A DNA stretch of 64,000 nt from assembly GCA_951406725.2 (NCBI GenBank), contig OX597817.1, positions 171,368,001 through 171,432,000 on the forward strand, in the 5' to 3' direction. Positions 27,684-39,425 of this stretch are shown piece after piece. A program made the translations under genes and the position numbers. The notes under the pieces are model-generated. The model did not search any database and had not been told where the DNA came from. It saw only the letters and a program-made list of their open reading frames with translations. This stretch comes from Octopus vulgaris. Lineage: Eukaryota. How positions within the stretch are numbered: position 1 is the stretch's first letter; each line of letters starts with the position of its first letter.

Positions 27684-27788
27684 ATTTTGTTGAATTTTCT
27701 GCTGCTTTAAATAAAGCATATTACTCTACCACTGGTATTTGAGTACTCTTTTTTCCACCTTGTTTCACATTTATGTGTTTACTCCGGT

Positions 27789-28451
27789 AGATTTTCTTTA
27801 AGTATTAGAAATAGTTTTAAAAAAGTTTTTTTAGCTACTATTTCTAATGAGTTCAGTATGTGGCAAAGTAATTTATTTTACTAAGCCCTTTTATATAATG
27901 TAATAATTTGAATTCGCCTTAAATGGTCCCTTTACATACTGAATACTTGGTGAAATTGATTAATAATTAATTAATCTTACCCTCAATTGTTGAAATTATA
28001 ATTCATCTCTCTCTATTTAATGCTTCGGATTTTACCGAAAAAGCATAGTGTTTACTGATTTTAACCCACGCTAGTGGAAAGGGGAGAGCAGAAATTCTTC
28101 GCTTGCATATTTTGGGTTTGCTGGCACTGTTAGTTTCGAGCAGATCTTCAGAAGCGATAAGAAGCCGAAAGGGTATGCTCCCACTTTCAGTGTTTTCAAA
28201 TCCAAACCAAGGAGTTCTGAGCTGATGATAGAAATGTCGAGTTGACTAATCTTGAAACGTACGTTCTCAAATAACCTTTGCATTTGATTTTTTAATGTCT
28301 TTACCCCCATACTTTCGTGAGTTGAATTGAGCAAACACTATATGAGAGAGATTTTCTTTAAGTATTAGAAATAGTTTTAAAAAAGTTTTTTTAGCTACTA
28401 TTTCTAATGAGTTCAGTATGTGGCAAAGTAATTTATTTTACTAAGCCCTTT

Positions 28452-28459
<8 letters not shown>
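27789..28459 (+). mobile_element. 560-bp non-coding unit with 111-bp identical terminal direct repeats (retrozyme / partial-tandem pLTR-like)
   Basis: 27789-27899 is identical to 28349-28459. Contains an HHR at 28218. Ends in (TA)n. Confidence 0.8.
28218..28269 (+). ncRNA. Minimal type-I hammerhead ribozyme, intact core
   Basis: tgag-ctgatga-[t aga aat gtc gagtt gac taa tct t]-gaaac-gtac-gtt-ctca. Stem I tgag/ctca, palindromic stem/loop III acgtacgt, GUU site. Confidence 0.8.
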
Positions 28460-28499
<40 letters not shown>

Positions 28500-28837
28500 C
28501 AGAAGATTTCGTAATGAACTGGATTAGATAAGACACCAAGAATATACTGGGGAAAAAATCATATTGAAAAAGTTACAGTAAGTTCAAACATATGTGATAG
28601 TATACTTTATTTGCTCTGCATCACTTTTCCGTCGACACATTTATTTGTACATTTGAATATCAATAACCTATATAAACTCACAGAGATGGGAAATCATATT
28701 TATTTTATTCCCGTTCATTATACGAACTACGATAACACAAACAGTGATCTCAGCAAAGGAAATAAATATTGAAAATATTTAACGCATTTCATATAAATAT
28801 ATATATATTTATAAGAGAGTATGTGTGTATGTGTGTG

Positions 28838-28889
<52 letters not shown>

Positions 28890-30267
28890 TGTGTGTGTGT
28901 GTGTGTGTGTGTGTCCGTATACATTCCAAAATCGAGTTGCCGATTTTGACGTATGGGGTATCAAAAGATTCAGTAGGCTTTTGGCTACCAACTAAACTAT
29001 ATTTTCATTTACATATTTGCATAACAAAAATTTAACAGCGTCATTTTACTTTTAGTCATCTATCGTAAACGACATCTTATATCACCACCACAACGACAAT
29101 GCCATCACGTTTTCTATATGAGTGTGTTCGCGCGTTTGTTACCTACGTTTTTAGGCCGATGACTGACAAATATATGTGTGTGACGGTGTATGTGTCTGTC
29201 AGTATACATGCATTTTTGTGACGACCGACACACACAGTGACAGAGATAGGCTCCAGGTGTGCGTTAATGTATATGTGTGTATGTGTCTTAGTTTATGTAT
29301 GTATCATTCTCCCGTCCAACAGTGAAACGCGCTGATATTGAAAGTTTAGTTGTGGCCTGGACTTTAAACGAACAACAGCATTCACTTTGAAATGCTACCA
29401 ACATGAAGATTTGGCTGCTTTAACTCCACTCACAATACTCGCAAATATATCTTTAAAAATAATTTTATTCTGGTTATTATAACAAATTCGGAAACTTGGC
29501 GAAGTAGAAAGCCTCAATATAATTACAATATAATTACGGAAATGTTACTCCACTACTTCTAACTAGTTTCAAGATGATGTTTTTTTAATAGTCCTTGTAT
29601 TCTCTTTATCACTATAAGCATCAACGTCGCACAACCTTTTTACTGCTTTAGTATTTATTCTACAACCTACAACGTTACACAGTTGAAAAAGATGTAGTAA
29701 TATCAGATTAATATCTTGCTACACACATCCTTCGGCAAATAGTTTAAATTAACGTTACAACAACAGCATCTTCCTTTCTATACACTTGGTTCAGCGTTCG
29801 CTCCAAAATTGTAAAATAAATTATTTTTGTATGAAAAATTGAATTATGCCTTCTGAATTTTCTTGGACTTTCACTTTCTTCACCGTGATATTCAGTCGTG
29901 AATTTTAAAATATTTAGTACATGTTCCAAATAAATGTTAACTTTCTGTACTTTGTTACTTTGGTGATGCATAGTAACTTTTGCTAAATTAGTGACTTACC
30001 ATTTTTATATACCATAACTATGCTACAGGTAGTATGTTTTGCACCTATATTGACAACATTTAGGAACTTTTGCTAAATTGGTGACTTTCTATTTTTTATA
30101 GCATAACTATGCTACAGAAAGTAGGTTTAGCACTTATAGTGACTACATTTCGTTTCGCTTGAACTTCGTATGTGTATATTTTACATTTTGCTATTTTCAA
30201 TATTATCAATTCTATGAGTGTGCTTCTGCGTTCCATACGTCTATAGTAAACTATAGTAAAGAACATT

Positions 30268-30588
30268 TTACGCTGTTTTAATGAGCCCACATCTAATGAA
30301 GTAGCTATCATTATGGTTGGTGATCCACATGAAAATCATGCTATTCTCATTCGTGTTCGAGATGACAACCTTAAACCTGTTTCACAGACTCATCCCTCTT
30401 ATCATGCTCCCCGGTATACGCTTATTCTGTGGAATGGACAAGACGGGTATCATTTCAATATTCCACGGATTGAACCAGCAACAGGATAGCTAATTATAAA
30501 CAAAAGGGTGTCGTCAAATGACTTCTATTCTTACCAACTAATATTAAGACCAGAACAATCAAATCAATTACACATGTCAAATAAACTT
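30268..30588 (+). pseudogene. Helitron Rep-helicase coding fragment
   Basis: Manual translation LRCFNEPTSNEVAIIMVGDPHENHAILIRVRDDNLKPVSQTHPSYHAPRYTLILWNGQDGYHFNIPRIEPATG*LIINKRVSSNDFYSYQLILRPEQ matches the typical RepHel motif FNAPT.NEVA...HRSYD.LQYPL.FW.GEDGYH. Confidence 0.85.
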
Positions 30589-30614
30589 AATTTCCATTTA
30601 AATATTTAGAGCTG

Positions 30615-31036
30615 GGATCTTTTCGGTTTGAACGGCAGTTTTTAACATAATTTCTAGGTAACTAAAAACTTTTTAAACTTCGTATACTGGTAGAATGGGA
30701 TTATAAGACATCTTTTTCTCTTGGTTTTATTGAGAAAATTCTATAGTTTGTAAGATATTTGTTGTTGTTTTCTTCAATTTTTGCAATTTCAACCAATCAA
30801 TGACCGTCTATTGAGGTGTAAACATTCTGTGTTGTATGAAAATGTCCCTCGTTTAAGAAACAGATTGGGATTATTTACATTTGTGAAGAAAAAAAAAGGA
30901 TAAACTTCCCCCACACCTAACCCTAACTAACCCTAAAATAGATTGAAATGCAATAGATCGATTCTAGGGTCATAATTATGGGTGACAATTTCATATGACA
31001 CCGCTAGAAAAACTGCCGTTCGAACCGAAAAGATCC
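30615..31036. mobile_element. MULE-type MITE with internal telomere-like repeats
   Basis: TIRs ggatcttttcggtttgaacggcagttttt, 9-bp TSD ttagagctg on both sides, cctaaccctaa at about 30916-30936. Confidence 0.85.
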
Positions 31037-31751
31037 TTAGAGCTGAAATACTATTGGTTAGAATCATGGACAAGTTACCTGATATGCTGCGGCCGATTTC
31101 TGTTGTTACTGAGCTGACGTGGTTTCAAATGTAAGCACCGCTACAGGTTAATAAAAATGAGAGCTTTAAGAAAAAAAATGAAAACAGGTGCCAAAATCAA
31201 AGTTTTGTATTTATGATACAAATAAATGTTATATCCAAAGTTTGTCCGACTTGGAATATTACTAATTCCATAGAAAAACTTTATATGCATAAGTTCTTTT
31301 ATGCTTAAATGACATTATGGAAACAAAGAAATATTCGGTACCATTTTGCTTCTCCTTTCCTATGTTTATGTACAGCAGCAAACGGTAAACTTTCACTATT
31401 ACACCTGTCTCGTGAAAATTTACAGAAAACTAGCATAAAGTGGGGGAGGATACTCTGAAACTACCATATGCCCTGCCTTCAGGCAACTCCCAAGCTGGAG
31501 TAATTGTTGATAACAATCTAAGCTAGAGTTCCCACATAAATAGCAAGGTGACTTGGTCTGCAAGATGTGCTCCTGGATTCTGAGAACTTTCTGGTCTACA
31601 AATGCTCGCACCATCATCCTTCTCTACTCTACTCTACTTTTGCCCGTCCCCACCTTGACTACTGTTACCCACTGTGGTCTCTCCATATGAGTGGAAGCAC
31701 TCTAGTGGTCAACAAAAACAAGAAAAGTTAATATCATGACAGACATTAACT

Positions 31752-32034
31752 ACTGGGGTCGACTAAAAAAATTTGAACTCAGAAGGTAACGCCAGACGAA
31801 ATACCTATTTCTTTACTACTCACAAGGGGCTAAACACGGAGGACAAACAAGGACAGACAAACGGATTAAGTCGATTATATTGACCCCAGTGCGTAACTGG
31901 TACTTATTTAATCGACTCCGAAAGGATGAAAGGCAAAGTCGACCTCGGCGGAATTTGAACTCGGAAAGTTGCGGCAGACGAAATACCGCTGGGCATTTCG
32001 CCCGGCGTGCTAACGGTTCTGCCAGCTCGCCGCC
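31752..32034 (-). mobile_element. SINE family B (duplicated-core variant)
   Basis: Full head-core-tail followed by a second partial core. Confidence 0.85.
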
Positions 32035-32489
32035 TTTAGTTCTTTGGGGATTTTTTCTATCAAAAAAAAAAAAAAAAAAAAAAAAAAATATTAGTAAAAT
32101 CCTTAAGGGCTACATTTTATTGTTTATTGCAGACATCATGTGACATTGAATCCCAATTGTGCCTTCTAGGCTCTTCTAGGAAATTTGAGGGCATCTTACT
32201 ACCTTTTTGCGATCCAGGTTCAAATTCTCACCACCTTTGACTTTTGTAGTCAACCTTTTGAAGGTCGACAAGTCTGCAATTCCTTGCACTTTTCCATTTC
32301 AATGAGGTCATCAGAACTCTTCCGATAGTTCGCAGATCAGAGTTTGGAAGCACTTGTAATAGTAAAAATTTATACTACGGATAAAATGTCAGCGAGAAAG
32401 GTAAAGAAATTGTCTATTCTAAGAATGGAAATGGATAAAAACTAAGGAAACTCTTAAAATGAGTTGTCCAATGGTATGGAACAACTTTG

Positions 32490-32849
32490 GGATCTTTTTG
32501 GTTTGAACAGCAGTTTTTTCTAGCGGTGTCATATGAAATTGTCACCCATAATTATGACCCTAGTATCGATCTATTGCATTTCAATCTGTTTTAGGGTTAG
32601 GGGTGGGGGAAAGGGTATCTTTTTTTCTTCAGAAATGTAAATAAACCCAATCTGTTTCTTAAACGAGGGACATATTCATACGGCACAGAATGTTTTCACC
32701 TCAATAGAGGTCATTGATTGGTTGAAATTGCAGAAATTGAAGAAAAAACCCCAAATATTTTACAATCTATAGAATTTTCTCAGAAGTTTAAAAGTGTTTA
32801 GTTACGTGGAAATTATTAAAAAAAACCGCCGGTCAAACCGAAAAGATTC
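32490..32849. mobile_element. Second copy of the MULE-type MITE, opposite orientation
   Basis: Same TIRs and body reversed. caactttg duplicated on both flanks. Confidence 0.85.
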
Positions 32850-33074
32850 CAACTTTGCTTAAAATATAACTGACCTAGATTTTTATTACCAGTTTCGTAA
32901 AAATACATCAATACCTACAAACGATGCGCTCATAAGCCATTTGTCGATTCTCCCAAACAATCTAAATCGCTAATGGTCCTCTTTAATTATTCATTACGTA
33001 ATAAATACTAAGTGTTGTCATATATGTTATGAGTTGGTCCGAGAGATGATAAAATGAATATTATGTTACAAATA

Positions 33075-33334
33075 GTGGAGGCGCGTGGCTTAGTGGTTAA
33101 GGTGTTGAATTCATGATCGTAAGATTGTGGTTTCGATTCCTGGACCGGGCGACGCGTTGTGTTCTTGAGCAAAACACTTCATTTCACGTTGCTCCAGTCG
33201 ACTCAGCTGGCGAAACTGAGTAATCCTGCGACGAACTAGCATCCCGTCCAGGTGGGGAATTCCTACGCCACTGAAACCGAGAAACCGGCCCTTATGAGCC
33301 TGGCATGGCTCGAGAAGGAACATTTATTTTATTT
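33075..33334 (+). mobile_element. tRNA-derived SINE (family C-related) with 14-bp TSD
   Basis: tggcttagtggt A-box, gtttcgattcc B-box, gtgttcttgagcaaaacact core. TSD ttatgttacaaata at 33061-33074 and 33335-33348. Confidence 0.88.
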
Positions 33335-33520
33335 TTATGTTACAAATAACACATTAAGTCTACCGCCACAGACGTATATAACCACAAGCGTATAATTCTT
33401 ACTACGCATCGTAGTTTCAATAACAATGTCTCCTCAACCTTCTATACACATATGTGTCTCAGCATGGCTGCAGTCTAATGATTGAAAGAGATAAAAGGAA
33501 CACACACACGTGTATATATA

Positions 33521-33817
33521 TATTCTTTGTAAGCCCAGTACTTATTCTATCGGTCTCTTTTGCCGAACCGCTAAGTGACGGGGACGTAAACACACCAGCA
33601 TCGGTTGTCAAGCAATGCTAGGGGGACAAACACAGACACACAAACACACACATATATATACATATATACGACAGGCTTCTTTCAGTTTCCGTCTACCAAA
33701 TCCACTCACAAGGCATTGGTCGGCTCGAGGCTATAGCAGAAGACACTTGCCCAAGGTACCACACAGTGGGACTGAACCCGGAACCATGTGGTTGGTTAGC
33801 AAGCTACTTACCACTCC
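33521..33817 (-). mobile_element. SINE family A (partial)
   Basis: Reverse-complement match to other copies. Confidence 0.85.
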
Positions 33818-33838
33818 ATATATATATATATATATTAT

Positions 33839-33949
33839 TTAGAGTTCCTTGACGTGACTCTGGACCTGGAATCAGGTGCTTATAGGCCCTTTAGGAAACC
33901 AAATGAAAAGTTGCCTTATGTTAACACAGGTTCCGGCCATCCAGCCATA
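33839..33949 (+). pseudogene. Isolated Penelope-like reverse transcriptase fragment
   Basis: [37 protein letters not shown] (FLD...RKP...Y....S.HP). Its 3' end matches the start of the 23250 remnant (ccatccagccatag). Confidence 0.8.
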
Positions 33950-33975
33950 GAGTGTGTGTGTGTGTGTATACATAT

Positions 33976-34071
<96 letters not shown>

Positions 34072-34084
34072 TATCTCACACACA

Positions 34085-34308
34085 CCGTAATCCCTCGCTA
34101 TATCGCAGTTTACCTATTGCGATTTATTATTTAAACTTACGTCGATTTCCCTGTGGTGTTGTTTTACATTTATGATAAAATAAATATATAAAATTCTAAA
34201 AATAATTAGAAAACAACAACATACAGTATAGTACTGTTCTACTTTGCGGATATTCACCTGTCGCGGGATGTTTGGAGCGTAACACCTGCGATAGTCGAGA
34301 GATTACTG
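34085..34308. mobile_element. Tigger/pogo-type MITE
   Basis: TIR-like ccgtaatccctcg ... cgagagattactg. Confidence 0.6.
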
Positions 34309-34326
34309 GGTGTATATATATATATA

Positions 34327-34750
34327 GGCGCAGGAGTGGCTGTGTGGTAAGTAGCTTGCTAACCAACCACATGGTTCCGGGTTCAGTCCCACTGCGTGGC
34401 ACCTTGGGCAAGTGTCTTCTGCTATAGCCCCGGGCCGACCAATGCCTTGTGAGTGGATTTGGTAGACGGAAACTGAAAGAAGCCTGTCGTGTATATGTAT
34501 ATATATGTATGTGTGTGTGTGTGTGTGTGTTTGTGTGTCTGTGTTTGTCCCCCTAGCATTGCTTGACAACCGATGCCGGTGTGTTTACGTCCCCGTCACT
34601 TAGCGATTCGGCAGAAAGAAACCGATAGAATAAGTACTGGGCTTACAAAGAATAAGTCCCGGGGTCGATTTGCTCGACTAAAGGCGGTGCTCCAGCATGG
34701 CCGCAGTCAAATGACTGAAACAAGCAAAAGAGTAAAGAGCAAAAAGAGCA
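34327..34750 (+). mobile_element. SINE family A, full-length
   Basis: Best-preserved copy: head, internal microsatellite, tail (aaagag)n. Confidence 0.92.
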
Positions 34751-34767
34751 ATATATATATATATATA

Positions 34768-35082
34768 TTATAATTTAGGGTATCTAAGAGATATCGTCAT
34801 GCTGAAAATAGCAGCCAAGATCTGACTCTAAAACCACATTAAATGCCCATACAGCACAAGGAGAGAAGACAAAAAGACAAAATAAAACTAGTAATTTTTT
34901 ACTATGGGCATTTAATGTGGTTTTAGAGTCAGATCTTGGCTGCTATTTTCAGCGTAGCGGTATCTCTTAGATACGCTAAATTATAATTTTAATAATAATT
35001 ATTACCTTTGAAGGTTTTTATTCCCATGCTGGCCACTTGATAAGATCGATATTTAATTTAGATTAGCGATCGTGTCCTTAAT
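34768..35082. mobile_element. Fold-back element: ~84-bp inverted arms (34768-34851 / 34903-34986) plus extension
   Basis: Arms are reverse complements with a few mismatches. Flanked by (TA)n. Related copy at 55800. Confidence 0.75.
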
Positions 35083-35102
35083 TATATATATATATATATA
35101 TA

Positions 35103-35610
35103 CTAGCAGTATCGCCCGGCATTGCTCGGGTTTGTAAGGGAAATAACTATATAAGCATTTTTAGAGAGTTACTTCCCTTATAAATTCGGGCTTTCTTAGC
35201 CATTTTTGTTTTGGTGCCTTCAAGCCATGAAGTCGTTGTTCTAAAAGAACGCTGGTCTCCTTGACAACGCTTTACGACGTTGATTTCCTTACACTCCCTT
35301 CCCCACAGCTTCACGAGGGAGGGAAGAAGGGTGAGAAGCAAACAGGTGCAGGTGTGACCATGGACGCCAACTCCGCCGCCATCGACACACGAAAAATTAT
35401 GCATTAAAATGGAATAAAAAAATTATGTTAAATTATTTTAAAAATCGTAGACTCATCGTAGACGCGCGCTAATACTCAGACGGGCTCGATATGAATCACG
35501 ACTATAAGATACCCGAATTTGGTTAAACTGCACCGCAAAATGTGGGAGGAGTTAGGAATCTAAATCGAAGGGGACAGACACTCACACAACTACAGTTTTA
35601 TATATATAGA
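35103..35610 (-). mobile_element. Non-autonomous Helitron family 1, monomer
   Basis: 5' TC at 35610, hairpin plus CTAG at 35103. Confidence 0.88.
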
Positions 35611-35630
35611 TATATATATATATATATCTA

Positions 35631-35938
35631 AGACCACCTTCGGTTATGAATACCATGGGATTGCACCAAGAAAATTCCCCTCCGGGGCACAAGTCCGGCA
35701 GTCGCCTATGCATACCTACCTTCCCTTTCCACGCCACCCATGTTGTTCAAGGGAAAAGTAAAAGAAAACAGGGCCTCGCCCCTGTGACGTCACAACTCAT
35801 TTCTGTAACACAGTGGACTGGAGCAACGTGAAATAAAGTGTGTTGCTGAAGAACACAACACAGCTTGGTCCAGGACTCGAACTCACAACCTCACGATTGT
35901 AAATTCGACGCTCTAACCACCGAGCGATGCGCCTCCAC
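35631..35938 (-). mobile_element. tRNA-derived SINE (family C-related)
   Basis: gtggaggcgc..ggtggttagagcg..gagttcgagtcc head. Core shared with the 33075 copy, different tail. Confidence 0.75.
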
Positions 35939-36855
35939 ACAGAAGTGTGTGAGTGTGTGTGTGTGTGTGTGTGTGTACGTACGTATACAGGCATACTTCA
36001 ACTTCAATCAGTAATTGACTCCAAGACATTCGACCTAGCTCGAAAAACACATTTTAAAAACTTTATTAGCGAGTATCATTTTAAAATGCTTTGAACATCG
36101 GTTTTCGACAAGTATTTCGTTTGATCCCTCTCGACTGTAGAGATTTTTAGATGCTTCTTTTTTAAAAAAAATTAAGTTTTTTAAATACGTTACACGTAAA
36201 GTCGAATAAATCGACTGAAATTGCGATTCACTTTTATTTTCATTAATTTCTTAAAAGAAAACAATAAGATGTGAAGTCGGAAAAGACGTAACTGGAAAGA
36301 ATGTAAGTTGAGATATTTCTATAAATGCTGCAAATTGCAAAGAAATAAAATAAAACTTGCTCCAGAAGAGATAGAAAAGCATCTGAACCTTCACGCTGTG
36401 CAGAAGATGCAAGGGAGATAACTTCCACTGGCTGTCGACTTTAGAAAGTCAAGGCGCGTTAGTTTAGGGAGAAAGAAAGGCATCCGTATATAAAGTGACG
36501 AACGATGTTTAGCTTAAAGAAAATAGAGAAATGAGGGTTCCCAGACCCCGGTCGAACCGTCCAACGCATGCTAGCATGGAAAACAGACGTTAAACGATGA
36601 TGATGCTGATATATATCTGTGTTTGCAAGTGTATAATTAAGTTTATTTTGAGGTGTCTGTGACTATGATTATATATGTATATATTTATGTGTATATAGGT
36701 ATTTTCTGTGCATTATATAAGTATAATTGCATGTGTATATGTCTATGTGAATGTATATGTCATAAGGATGTACATCTGTCGATATTGGCTCACTTTCTCT
36801 GTCTGTCTGTCAGTATGTCTCTCTTTCTCTCTCTCTCTCTATCTCCACACACACA

Positions 36856-36926
<71 letters not shown>

Positions 36927-37078
36927 TGTTATCTGCAACATATCTCCTCGGCCCATTCTTTATTCAGCCTATTAATTGTTAGTTGTCAATCTGGCTAGGA
37001 TCCTTATGTAGAATAATTTTTACGACCCTCATAATCGCATTATTTTTTCTTTCCTTTTCTCATTATTTTGAATTCTAT

Positions 37079-37846
37079 CTTCGCTGTGAGCAGAGATTAA
37101 TCTTCTCTCTTCACTCCTTTGCGCCACATGGGCTCAACTCTCCTCCCCTCTTCATCTACCCTCCCTTTCTCTCCCCTCTTCCTCTCACACTTACTTCCTA
37201 CTACCCACCTCTCCTCTCTTGCTCTCACACCTACTTCCTCTCTTCACTCCTACCCACCTTCTCCCCTCATTGTCACCGCCTCCCTCGTTACCGCACCCCT
37301 CCCTCAACCCCACCCTTACACATTCCAACACTACCATCCCTATACTTCCCATCACACCCCTACCCCATCCCTTAAACCCCACCCATGCTTCCCCAATCCC
37401 CAACACCACCACACCATACCACACACCACCACATCACACACCACCATACCACACCACACCATTACGCAGACATTAGCACTGACCACTTCCCAGCACCTAC
37501 ACCATCATCCACACACCTACACATGCACACGTACACATCAAGGTCACCAGCTCCCTTCCACATGCACATACATGCTCTCACATACACACGCATGTGCACC
37601 TTTGTTTGGGGATCACCACTACTTTATTATTTCCCCTTCTTCCTAACTCTCCTGTGTGACCCATCTGTCTGGCATTCACCATGACAGATCGCTAGCTACT
37701 AAACCTTTTTTTTATTTTCTCTGTGTTCCTTTCTGTCAAAGGGTGTAGACTCAGAATGTAAAAGACTTTTTCCATTCCCGAGCATTAAACTAATATATCC
37801 GTTTGTTGTTTACACACTCGTCTTCGTCTTTTGTTTATTTGTAAAT
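37079..37846 (+). mobile_element. 3' end of a second Penelope-like family (GIY-YIG C-terminus, low-complexity UTR, decayed HHR at 37729-37764)
   Basis: LRCEQRLIFSLHSFAPHGLN matches the R..E..LI..L....P.GLN endonuclease C-terminus. cttt-ctgtcaa...gta-aaag has HHR layout. Ends in (TA)n. Confidence 0.6.
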
Positions 37847-37848
37847 TG

Positions 37849-37942
<94 letters not shown>

Positions 37943-37943
37943 C

Positions 37944-38030
<87 letters not shown>

Positions 38031-38039
38031 TATACATAT

Positions 38040-38100
<61 letters not shown>

Positions 38101-38440
38101 TATAGTGAGAACTTACAAAAAAACAAGATGAAGATACATATCTATATGCACTCACACACACATATATTTATATGTATGTATGTATGTGTGATGGGGTATC
38201 ATGTGTGTCCACATGCAAACACTCAAATACAACATACATATACACACACAAAAACACACTCAGACACACCTACATGCACATGCACACATGCACCCCCCCC
38301 ACACACACACACACATGCTGTTACTAATCGCATTCAATGGACTATGACCGTACTGGAACCTAATATTCTAGGTTATAGTCAGTTGCATCAGCCCCAGTAT
38401 TTTATCAACATCACACTCAAAATTTTAAAAAATTTTAAAT

Positions 38441-38832
38441 AGGAGTGGCTGTGTGGTAAGTAGCTTGCTAACCAACCATATGGTTCCGGGTTCAGTCCCA
38501 CTGCGTGGCATCTTGGGCAAGTGTCTTCTGCTATAGCCCCGGGCCGACCAATGCTTTGTGAGTGGATTTGGTAGACGGAAACTGAAAGAAGCCTGTCGTA
38601 TATATGTATATATATATATGTGTGTCTGTGTTTGTCCCCCTAGCATTGCTTGACAACCGATGCTGGTGTGTTGTCTCCGTTACTTAGCGGTTCGGCAAAA
38701 GAGACCGATAGAATAAGTACTGGGCTTACAAAAGAATAAGTCCCGGGGTCGAGTTGCTCGATTAAAGGCGGTGCTGCAGCATGGCCGCAGTCAGATGACT
38801 GAAACAAGTAAAAGAGTAAAAGAGTAAAGAGT
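38441..38832 (+). mobile_element. SINE family A
   Basis: Near full-length copy. Confidence 0.9.
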
Positions 38833-39225
38833 TAAATAAAATGAAGGCGAAAGGCTTTCAGAGAGAGGGTGGTGGTGGTGGTGGTGGTGGTGGGAGAAAA
38901 GTGGGAGTAATTCAGACACAAAACGTAGGAAAGGGACAAAGCCAAACACCTCTTTGCATTTTGTCCAATGTTCTACCAAGTCTGCATTCCACCAAACTCT
39001 AAAAGTAAAACAATAAGAAATCAATTCTAAAGAGGTAGATAATCAATAAGATATATTGGCATAGGCATGGGTGAGTTGGCAGACGTGGTATACTATCAGA
39101 CTAAATACCTTTCAAGATTTAGTTTCCAATGCAGGGACTGGATTGGCAGAGTTGTTCTTCAGCGATGATTTTTTCGGTTATATATACACTTTCCCTCTGT
39201 GTTTGTGTGTCTCCCTCTTTTCCAT

Positions 39226-39236
39226 ATATATATATA

Positions 39237-39269
<33 letters not shown>

Positions 39270-39392
39270 ATGTATGTATGTATGTATGTATGTATGTGTT
39301 ATGTATGTATGTATGTATGCATGTGTTATGTATGTATGTATGTATGTGTTATGTATGTATGTATGTATGTATGTATGTGTTATGTATGTATG

Positions 39393-39425
<33 letters not shown>

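Larger units (their letters stand above)
27569..27788. mobile_element. Fold-back Penelope-like pLTR element: perfect 70-bp inverted repeat (27569-27638 / 27647-27716) plus 72-bp extension
   Basis: Arms checked base by base as exact reverse complements. 8-bp spacer. Starts directly after (TA)n. Confidence 0.85.

Noticed and set aside
28071-28334. 87-aa minus-strand ORF inside the 560-bp unit
   Set aside because: Non-ATG start, no motif, antisense to the ribozyme; likely chance.
30916-30936. Telomeric repeats as evidence of a chromosome end or fusion
   Set aside because: Only 2-3 units, and internal to a TSD-flanked MITE.
32280-32320. Minus-strand ctgatga...gaaa
   Set aside because: No stem I, II or III pairing; chance match.
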